Below are positions 24,900-32,000 of a DNA stretch of 32,000 nt, piece after piece. This DNA comes from Desulfobulbus propionicus DSM 2032 (GTDB taxonomy: Bacteria > Desulfobacterota > Desulfobulbia > Desulfobulbales > Desulfobulbaceae): NCBI RefSeq assembly GCF_000186885.1, contig NC_014972.1, positions 2,910,001 through 2,942,000 of the forward strand, written 5' to 3'. Every line of letters begins with the position of its first letter. Within the stretch, counting starts at the first letter, position 1. A model generated the notes under the pieces. The model was not told the origin of the DNA. It did no database searches and was given only the letters and a program-made list of their open reading frames with translations. The position numbers and the translations under genes are program-made.

Positions 24900-25685
24900 A
24901 TGGTTCCCCTGATCGACACCACCGTTGACGGCCACGTCCACACCCGGCTCTGCAAGCATGCCGTCGGTGAAATGGAGGAATACGTCGAGCAGGCAGTGCG
25001 CCGTGGGCTAACGACCGTCTGCTTTCTCGAACACCTGGAAACGGACATTGCCTATCAGCCGCCCTGCTGGCTGGATGACGATGAATTTGCCTACTACTTC
25101 GAGGAAGGGTTGCGCTTGAAAGAGCGTTATCGGGGCGTGGTGGCTGTTCGTCTGGGGGTGGAGATGGGGTGCAATCCGGCGGCGATCGACGCCATCCGTC
25201 ATCGGTTGAAGCGGTATCCGATCGAACGCATCGGTCTTTCCTGCCACTTCCATCAGCACGGACTCTCCCACCTAAATCTGCTCAGCCGGCGGCCGCAAAG
25301 TCTTGATCGCCTGGCCGCCATTGGCGCCGACGCGGTGATTTCCACCTATTTTGCGACCTTGATCAAGGCGGTGGCCAGCCTGGACTGCGATGTCCTCTGC
25401 CACCTGGACGCAGTGTTACGTCACCTGCCCGGCATCACCTTCAACAACGAACACCGTGGGCAAATCGCGCAATTACTGGATGCGATGCAGGGAAAAGACA
25501 TTGCCCTGGAAATCAACACCTCGGGGTTCGATTACCGTGGGTCGGCCTTCCCCGCCCCGTGGATCATCTCCGCGGCCCTCGAACGCGGCATCAGGCTGGA
25601 GGCGGGCTCGGATGCCCATCACCCCAGCGAGGTCGGCCGTTATTTCGACCAACTGCCGCACTATCTGGAACCGTTATGCCGATAA
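24900..25685 (+). CDS. PHP-family histidinol-phosphatase-like metal-dependent phosphoesterase
   Basis: DGHVHTRLCKHAVGEMEEYVEQAVRRGLTTVCFLEHLE, CHLD and GSDAHHP are metal-binding His/Asp motifs of the HisJ/PHP family. Confidence 0.75.
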   Translation: MVPLIDTTVDGHVHTRLCKHAVGEMEEYVEQAVRRGLTTVCFLEHLETDIAYQPPCWLDDDEFAYYFEEGLRLKERYRGVVAVRLGVEMGCNPAAIDAIRHRLKRYPIERIGLSCHFHQHGLSHLNLLSRRPQSLDRLAAIGADAVISTYFATLIKAVASLDCDVLCHLDAVLRHLPGITFNNEHRGQIAQLLDAMQGKDIALEINTSGFDYRGSAFPAPWIISAALERGIRLEAGSDAHHPSEVGRYFDQLPHYLEPLCR

Positions 25686-25732
25686 AACGGCTCCTCCCCA
25701 ACCGGTTCCGCACGCTCCGACCGTTTTCTCGG

Positions 25733-27361
25733 TCAATGCCCCTTGATATATTTGCCCATGGCCGTGCGCAGGGATTCGGCGCTGAAGGGCTTGATCAGGA
25801 TGTCGTTGACCCCTGCCGCCGAGGCAGCTTCGTGATCCTGGACATCAGACTGGGTGGTGACCATGATCACCGGCAGACTCTCCGAGGGATACAAGGTCCG
25901 GATACGCCGGGTGAGTTCGATGCCGCTGATCTCGGGCATGTTGAGATCGGTCAGCACCAGGGCCGGCTTCTCCTTGGCCAGCCACTCCAAGGCCCCGGCA
26001 GGAAACTCAAACAGCACCGGCTCGAAACCGAGCTCGTGAAGGGTTGCCTTGTAAATATTGAGGATCATGCGTGAATCGTCAACGGCACAGACTTTGATTC
26101 GTGTACCTCCTTCCCGCTCCTCGCCGGCAATGCGCGCCGCAAACTCCCCCAATCCCTCCTTGTTGAGCAGGGCAATATAGTGCTGTCGAATGTCCCGGTG
26201 TGCATGGGGCAGATAAATCAGGGCCAATTCCTGAAAATAGTCTTCCTTGGCCAAACGCAGAAACAGATTGTCGACCTGGGCATTGACTATGATCTTGACG
26301 ATATGGCGCGCCTCGTCATTCTGAGCACGGACCATGTTCTTGATGCCGGCGGCGAGAATTTCGTTGAAATTGCGGTCGATGGCCCGGGCAGCGGCGGTAC
26401 AGACATGATCCTCGCTGTCGTTCAAACCGGCGGCCAGGGTATAGGCCCCCTTACGCAAAGGGAGCAGAGCCAGGGCCTCGTAGGCGGCAAAGCGGACGTT
26501 GGGATTGCGCGGCATGGTATTGAGCAGGGAACGGATCGGCATAATCGCGCTCTCGTCACCGATCTCGCCGAGCACGTTCAAGGTGTGGATCAGCAGATCG
26601 CTGTCACTCTCCTTCAGGTTCTCAATTAATACCGGCACGGCCTTGACCCCGATACGGACCAGCTCGTCCTTGGCGTAGATGCGCATGTGCGCGTAGTGGG
26701 ACCGGAGCGTATCATTCAACTTTTCCAGGGAAACCTGGTCCTGGACCTCGGAAAAGACCCCAAGGATGATCAGGTCCAACTCGTTGTCCGTTCCCATCCG
26801 CTCGGCCAGACGGTGCATGGCCGTGTTGGTGCCGACCTGCCCGAGGGCGTGGATGGCGGCGATGATCAGTTCCCGATCCGCGGCGTAAAGGTAATCGGTC
26901 AGGGCATTGATCGACTCGGGATCGCCGATCAGTCCCAGATTTTCAATAATCAGCTTGATGGTGGCCGTCTTGTTGGTCGCGGCTAGCAGGCCGACCAGCA
27001 CCGGGGTGGCTTCCTCGAATTTCAACTCGCCCGCTGTTTCGATCATCACCGTCTTGTCGGCAAGGTGGGGATCGACCAAGCAATTGAGCAGAACATCCGG
27101 ATAGGCGATCAGATGGGAAATGAGCGTTTCGCGGATGATCGGCAAATCGGTGCACAACTCCGGCTGAGTGGTAAGCAGATGGTTCAACAGGGGGACGGTA
27201 AAGGCTACCTCGCCGCGCGACAATTCATACAACAGCCGATTCTGCGTCTTCTTGTCGACTTCACCGAGATGATCTAGAACCAGCCGGGCCTTGAGGGCAT
27301 CCCCGGTCTGAATATTGGCCTGGATCTCCTCAATCATATGATCAGCGTTCAACGCAGCCAT
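25733..27361 (-). CDS. HEAT-repeat protein with C-terminal receiver (REC) domain
   Basis: The N-terminal roughly 400 aa hold repeated HEAT/PBS-lyase-like units (GDPESINALTDYL..DRELIIAAIHALGQVG; GDESAIMPIRSLL..NVRFAAYEALALL). The C-terminal REC has VCAVDDS, LVLTDLNMPEISG, VIMVTT, ILIKPF. Confidence 0.8.
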   Translation of the reverse strand: MAALNADHMIEEIQANIQTGDALKARLVLDHLGEVDKKTQNRLLYELSRGEVAFTVPLLNHLLTTQPELCTDLPIIRETLISHLIAYPDVLLNCLVDPHLADKTVMIETAGELKFEEATPVLVGLLAATNKTATIKLIIENLGLIGDPESINALTDYLYAADRELIIAAIHALGQVGTNTAMHRLAERMGTDNELDLIILGVFSEVQDQVSLEKLNDTLRSHYAHMRIYAKDELVRIGVKAVPVLIENLKESDSDLLIHTLNVLGEIGDESAIMPIRSLLNTMPRNPNVRFAAYEALALLPLRKGAYTLAAGLNDSEDHVCTAAARAIDRNFNEILAAGIKNMVRAQNDEARHIVKIIVNAQVDNLFLRLAKEDYFQELALIYLPHAHRDIRQHYIALLNKEGLGEFAARIAGEEREGGTRIKVCAVDDSRMILNIYKATLHELGFEPVLFEFPAGALEWLAKEKPALVLTDLNMPEISGIELTRRIRTLYPSESLPVIMVTTQSDVQDHEAASAAGVNDILIKPFSAESLRTAMGKYIKGH

Positions 27362-27393
27362 GCATCACCCCTGTTGAAGATTTGTTTCTGCCG

Positions 27394-29121
27394 TTATTTC
27401 AATAACCAGTCGACGTCCAACCGGCTGATCACATTCAAGCCGCCACACAATACCATGCTAGCGGATTTTCCCAGGTGGTCAAGGAAGACTTGCACCTCAT
27501 AGGACCGCGGGCCGGCGTTGCACAACAGGATGAAGGTCTTGCCGGCCGGCAGCTCGCCGTGGCGCGTCCGCACCTGTCCGTATTCCATCGCGATCCAGCG
27601 CTCGGCACCGTACCTCTCAACATAGGGAGCGGCCTCCACGGGATGCCGCAGGTCGAGCACCGCCCAGTCGGGCTCGCTGGCCATGTTGTCCATCCAGGCC
27701 AGAAAGCGGCCAAGCTCGATCTGGCGCAACCGGTTGTCGCACAAGTTTTCCGCCACATAGGCGGCAGCGTTGATCGAGTCGATGGCCGAGGAGAACGGTG
27801 GCGCATAGGCCATTTCCACCATGCCGAAGTCCTCGATGGTCGCCCCCTTGGCGATCAGCGCCGCGGCGGTGTCCACTCGGGCGGAAATCGAGTCATTCAT
27901 CATTCCGAAGGCCTGCAACCCCAGGACCCGCCGGTTTTTCCGCTCAAAAACCAGTTGCAGGATCACCACCGCCTGATCCGGAAAAAAGTGGGCCCGATCA
28001 GCCGGCGCGGTCAGGGCATAGTCGGCGTCAAACCCTTCGGCCCGAGCCGCTTCAACGGTGAGCCCCGTTGCGGCGATGCACCGTTCAAAGGCTTTCATGA
28101 TGAAAGAACCGCAGACCCCGTTAAATACCGTGGGATAGCCGGCCAGGTTATCGCCCACCACCCGGCCTTCGCGGTTGGCCAAGGAGCCGAGCGGCGCATA
28201 GGTTTCCCGGCCGGTGATCAGGCTGGTCACGGCGATGCAGTCGCCGGCGGCGTAAATATCGGGATCCGAGGTCTGCAACCGCTGGTTGACCTTGATGCCG
28301 CCCCAGGGGGCGACATCCAGCCCGGCAGCCTTGGCCAGTTCGCTGCGGGGCCGCACGCCCACGGCCATGATCACCAGGTCGGCCTCCAGGGTGCGCTGGC
28401 CGGTTTTGACCCCGCAGACCTTGCCCTGGCCGTCATTCAGCAACTCGGTGGCCGACTCACGGGCATACACAGCCACCCCCTTTTCCTGGAGATGCTTTTT
28501 CAACATGGCGGCAAAATGCCAATCAACGATGCGCGGCAACAGTTGCGGCGCCAGCTCCAACAGGCTGGTCTCGATGCCCCAGAGATCGGTCAGGGCCTCG
28601 GCCATCTCGATGCCGATGGCACCGCCGCCGATGACCACCGCCCGACTGACCTTGCCCTGGGCAATCCTCTGTTTAATCTCAATCGCCTTGTGCAGGTTGG
28701 CGATGGTGAACACCCCATCCAGATCAGCACCGGGAATGGGCAGATCAAAGGGCCTGGATCCGGTGGCCAGCATCAGCTTGTCATAGGGCAGATCCTGCTG
28801 GGCACCGGTTTCGAGATTTTCCACCCGCACCGTTTTGGCCTGGCGATCAATGGCCAGGGCCTTTGTTTGGGTCAGCACCCGCACCCCCTTGGAATGCTCA
28901 AAAAAGGTGGCGTCACGCACCACATGGAAACTGGTGGCCCGCAGCTCGCTCTCGTCGGAGACATCGCCGCTGACATAGTAGGGAATGCCGCAGCCGCCGT
29001 AGGAAATCAGGCTGTCCTGATCGACCATGGTGACCTCCCAGTCCGGCCGCAGTCGTTTCAATCTGCAGGCAGCCTTGGGTCCTGCGGCCACCGCCCCGAC
29101 AATCACTATTTTCTTGCTCAT
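27394..29121 (-). CDS. CoA-disulfide reductase-type FAD/NAD(P) oxidoreductase fused to a C-terminal rhodanese domain (Npsr / CoADR-RHD-like persulfide reductase)
   Basis: IVIVGAVAAGPKAA (FAD fold). Redox Cys44 in SYGGCGIPYY. VIGGGAIGIEMAE (NAD fold). AAGDC. C-terminal rhodanese loop LLCNAGPRS. ATG 29121 is preceded by GGAGGAAATACC. The track start at 29241 is an artefactual extension. Confidence 0.85.
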   Translation of the reverse strand: MSKKIVIVGAVAAGPKAACRLKRLRPDWEVTMVDQDSLISYGGCGIPYYVSGDVSDESELRATSFHVVRDATFFEHSKGVRVLTQTKALAIDRQAKTVRVENLETGAQQDLPYDKLMLATGSRPFDLPIPGADLDGVFTIANLHKAIEIKQRIAQGKVSRAVVIGGGAIGIEMAEALTDLWGIETSLLELAPQLLPRIVDWHFAAMLKKHLQEKGVAVYARESATELLNDGQGKVCGVKTGQRTLEADLVIMAVGVRPRSELAKAAGLDVAPWGGIKVNQRLQTSDPDIYAAGDCIAVTSLITGRETYAPLGSLANREGRVVGDNLAGYPTVFNGVCGSFIMKAFERCIAATGLTVEAARAEGFDADYALTAPADRAHFFPDQAVVILQLVFERKNRRVLGLQAFGMMNDSISARVDTAAALIAKGATIEDFGMVEMAYAPPFSSAIDSINAAAYVAENLCDNRLRQIELGRFLAWMDNMASEPDWAVLDLRHPVEAAPYVERYGAERWIAMEYGQVRTRHGELPAGKTFILLCNAGPRSYEVQVFLDHLGKSASMVLCGGLNVISRLDVDWLLK

Positions 29122-29243
29122 GGTATTTCCTCCTATGCGAAAAAAAATGACAACAATACAACCACAATCAACTTGATCCGAGAAGAACCGGCGCGCACGG
29201 CGCCACCCGGGGGGCACAGGATCTGCTCCGGCCTCTACCATTT

Positions 29244-32000
29244 TCAGGGGGCAGACGGCTCCTCTGTTTGCCGTTCGTTCGACGGCGGCGTTGGCTCCGT
29301 GGCGAGCCGTGTTGCCGCGGCCGCCAAAAAGGCCTGACGATCAAACACAGGGCGAGAAACGGTGCCGGAAATCTCCGTCTCGATCGTGGCCTCTTCCACC
29401 ACTACCCCGCCGACGTTCCGGGCCGTATGTTCCGTCAACGGCATCCGCAGGCGGATGGACAACGCGCCATTGGCCTCCGCGCCACCGCTGACAACCAGTT
29501 CGCTATCGCCGGCCAACAGACGGATCGGCGCGCAGCTCACGCTGCCATTCTTGCCGTCGCAGACAAGTTCCCGGTCCTGGAAGCGCAGCCTGCTTCGGTC
29601 CAAACCAGCTGCAAGCAAGGCATCCCGCAAGGCGCCCTTTGCCTTGAGTCGTGTTTTTTCCAGACCGAGCACGACAGTAAAGGTCGGCCGTTGCCTGCCC
29701 GCGGTGTTGACCGGCCAGAAAAAATGTTCCATGCGCAGATCGATTGTCCCTTCAACCTGGGCCAGCGCTCCGAACAAGGGATGCATGGGCGCCAGCAGGC
29801 CTTCGACCAGCGACCGTTTCAGGGGCACGCCAAGCAAGACCTGGCTGGCTGGCGGTAAGGTCATCGTTGCCCGGCGATCTTTCCATTGCCACTCGGGTCG
29901 CAGGGTAACCTTGCCGCCATTGAGCGGGCCAGAGAGCTGAGCCCGCAACCGGCCCCGATTGCACTCCAGCGACAAGGCATTGTCCCGCAGGTCGATCCGG
30001 TGAAAACCAAGCCGCGCGAGGGGCAGATGCGTGTCCAAGGTCAGTTGCTCCAAATCAAGCGGCAGGCGAAGGGGCAGACTGAGAAGAAAGGAGCCCGGCT
30101 CGTTGCCGCTCAGGACGATCTCCCGGCCGATCATGGGCTGGAGCAGCGGCAGCAGCGCCGGAAAATGGGGGGTTAACCGTCCCTGCAGTTCCACACGGGC
30201 CGTTGGCTGCGTCCGTATCAGCCCGGTTCCTTCGAGGCCAAACGGAGCGGCATGCAGGGAAAAGGCGGGAATCCTCACCTCTTCCTTGCCGTCCCGGGCG
30301 CCGAGCGTGCGCATCTTGAGCGTCAGGCGGGGATCGGTGAACACGTTGCGGGTACCGTCAAACAAGGCAAAAGGCGCCATGGTCACGGTCAGATCGCCCT
30401 CCACCACATCGTCGCTGGCCTGGCGGGTCCATGACGTCCGAGCCCTGCCCTTCACCCCCATGCCCTGTCCGATCCATCCCCCGGCCTTGGCCAGGCCCGC
30501 CAGCAGGCTGGCGTCGTGATCGCCATGCACTTCCAGGGAAACGCCGGACCGTTTGTCGTGCCAATTGTCCATGGAATAACCGAAGTCAACGACATTGGCC
30601 GCGCTCGTGAAACGCAGGTGGCGCAGATCGAGCTGATGGGCCGCGAAATCAAGCAGCAGAAAAGCCCGTTCCTGGTCATTCAAATCCTGCCAATTGTCGG
30701 CAACCATCAACTGCCCCAAGGCAACGCCCCCTCTGGAAAGTGGGCCGCCCTCGAAACCGAGACCCACCCGTGGTTCACGGACCAACGGCCCTGCCTCGGT
30801 GGCCACGAGCAGCTGAGCCACATGGCCGTCGAGGCGGTCCAGCACGATCCGTTGGCCGTTCCAGGTCCCCGATGCATCAAGCGACAGCTGCCCCTCCAGC
30901 CCCAGGGGCAGCGGCCTGCCGCCAAGACCGCGCGCCACGGCACCCATCCGGCCCAGATCCGCCGTTCCCTTGACAAAACAATTGGCGGGGGGCCCCGATG
31001 CCTCCGCCAGTTCGATCGTTCGCGCCTCCGGCTGGATATTGTCGGCCTGCAGGGAAAATGTCCCGGGCCAGCCGGTTGCCTCCAACCGCAGGGCGTGCAT
31101 CCGGCCGTCACGGAACCATGTCGGCGGCCCTTCGATCTCCGCCCGCAGGGAGAGGTCGTGCTCGGGAAACAGCACGGCCTGCTCTCGCAGGAAACCAAAA
31201 CCGCCGATGTCCAGCCGACTTTCCAGCCGATACCGCCCGTCCTCCCCCAGGCGGGACGAGGCGGCGAATGCGGCCTGGCCTCGGGGCCGCACCTCCAGGG
31301 CGAAGATCTTGCCCAATTCGGCGAACATCCGGTCGAGATCGGCCTGCGCTTGCACGGTGAAAGCATCCAAGGTACCGCTGCCGCCGGCCTCGAAGAAAGG
31401 AGCCCGGGCCTGTGCGGTGCGCACCAAAATCTTCCCCTGGTTCGACTCGGCCTCAAGGTTCAAGCGCAACGGCGAATCCCAGGCGATATGCTGTCCCGCA
31501 TGTACTGCCTCCAGCCGCTCGGTCCCGCAGTCGGCCTTGACGGTCAGTTGATCGGGCCGCCCCGCAGCCTGGAGGGAAAAATCGACCCGCCCGTTCTCAA
31601 TGGTTGTCTTCTGGTGCACGGACAGCAGGTGGGGCAGCTGAGCCGCCATTGCCGCCAGGTCGAGCGAACCCGTGGCGGTCAACTGGACATCTTTCTGGTC
31701 CAGATGGCCACTTGCCTGGAATTGAAGCGGATCGGATCGAAGTTCCAAGGCGGACAGCCGCCAGCCTTCGTCGCGATGGTGGCTCCCGGTGAACGTGAAG
31801 CGCAGATCGGTCAAGAACGGCCGGTCTTGACCGAGCACGCCTCCAAAAAGCGCCATCTCCCGCAACGAGGCCTCGCCACGGAGTTCCGCGTCCCTGATCC
31901 CGGCGACGTTCAACCGGCAGGTGGCGTTCAGCAGTCCTTGGCCTCGGGGGAACTTGCCCCGTGCAGCGGCCAACTCAAGAAAATCGGCAATTTCCAGTTG
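29244..32000 (-). CDS. Large AsmA-like / TamB-like beta-rich envelope protein, 5' end outside window
   Basis: 918 or more codons. The frame stays open upstream of the TTG at 31973 to the window edge (…QLEIADFLELAAARGK). Repetitive beta-strand-like segments (LxLxAxG, DLxxxRLxxxLxG). The C-terminus (ETEISGTVSRPVFD) is similar in style to AsmA-family C-terminal regions. Assigned from composition and architecture only. Confidence 0.45.
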   Translation of the reverse strand, partial: QLEIADFLELAAARGKFPRGQGLLNATCRLNVAGIRDAELRGEASLREMALFGGVLGQDRPFLTDLRFTFTGSHHRDEGWRLSALELRSDPLQFQASGHLDQKDVQLTATGSLDLAAMAAQLPHLLSVHQKTTIENGRVDFSLQAAGRPDQLTVKADCGTERLEAVHAGQHIAWDSPLRLNLEAESNQGKILVRTAQARAPFFEAGGSGTLDAFTVQAQADLDRMFAELGKIFALEVRPRGQAAFAASSRLGEDGRYRLESRLDIGGFGFLREQAVLFPEHDLSLRAEIEGPPTWFRDGRMHALRLEATGWPGTFSLQADNIQPEARTIELAEASGPPANCFVKGTADLGRMGAVARGLGGRPLPLGLEGQLSLDASGTWNGQRIVLDRLDGHVAQLLVATEAGPLVREPRVGLGFEGGPLSRGGVALGQLMVADNWQDLNDQERAFLLLDFAAHQLDLRHLRFTSAANVVDFGYSMDNWHDKRSGVSLEVHGDHDASLLAGLAKAGGWIGQGMGVKGRARTSWTRQASDDVVEGDLTVTMAPFALFDGTRNVFTDPRLTLKMRTLGARDGKEEVRIPAFSLHAAPFGLEGTGLIRTQPTARVELQGRLTPHFPALLPLLQPMIGREIVLSGNEPGSFLLSLPLRLPLDLEQLTLDTHLPLARLGFHRIDLRDNALSLECNRGRLRAQLSGPLNGGKVTLRPEWQWKDRRATMTLPPASQVLLGVPLKRSLVEGLLAPMHPLFGALAQVEGTIDLRMEHFFWPVNTAGRQRPTFTVVLGLEKTRLKAKGALRDALLAAGLDRSRLRFQDRELVCDGKNGSVSCAPIRLLAGDSELVVSGGAEANGALSIRLRMPLTEHTARNVGGVVVEEATIETEISGTVSRPVFDRQAFLAAAATRLATEPTPPSNERQTEEPSAP

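Noticed and set aside
25525-25536. tRNA T-arm-like GGTTCGATTACC
   Set aside because: It lies inside the PHP phosphatase reading frame (…TSGFDYRG…). There is no flanking acceptor or anticodon stem complementarity.

Overview
GC-rich (roughly 60%), densely coding bacterial chromosomal window. By eye I found no rRNA, tRNA, CRISPR array, transposase or integrase. The gene content (homodimeric pyruvate:ferredoxin oxidoreductase, CoA-disulfide-reductase/rhodanese fusion, glucosyl-3-phosphoglycerate synthase) suggests an anaerobic, possibly Desulfobacterota-like organism; this is inference only. Layout: (1) 1-1910 (-): gpgS plus a tightly coupled GT4 glycosyltransferase, probably for a glucosylglycerate-type compatible solute. 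(2) 2304-14135 (+): a 12-kb same-strand block devoted to envelope lipids. It holds an OmpR-type response regulator, a secreted LysM+FecR protein and a CHASE2 histidine kinase. The kinase stop codon overlaps the start of a ydbH-ynbE-ydbL (AsmA-like intermembrane lipid bridge) triad. These are followed by an apparently leaderless ArsR-type regulator, aas, and an lplT fused to an extra acyltransferase domain. (3) 14152-16604 (-): a stand-alone RapZ C-terminal domain, a phasin-like protein and a UbiB/ABC1 kinase, behind a near-consensus promoter overlapped by a perfect 11-bp tandem repeat. (4) ClC channel with CBS domains (-). (5) A small acidic protein, a 565-nt unassigned lower-GC region, and a strongly codon-biased PFOR (nifJ) ending in tandem terminators. 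(6) YkgJ-type Cys-cluster protein, a small ORF and a PHP phosphatase. (7) 25733-32000 (-): a second AsmA-like protein (5' end outside the window), an Npsr-like CoADR-rhodanese and a HEAT-repeat/receiver protein. The best candidate for an undescribed system is the sensory module (RR + LysM/FecR + CHASE2 kinase) translationally coupled to ydbH-ynbE-ydbL. The second candidate is the RapZ-CTD-only gene in a phasin/UbiB operon. The many very long antisense ORFs in the track are codon-aligned mirror frames of real genes and are rejected.
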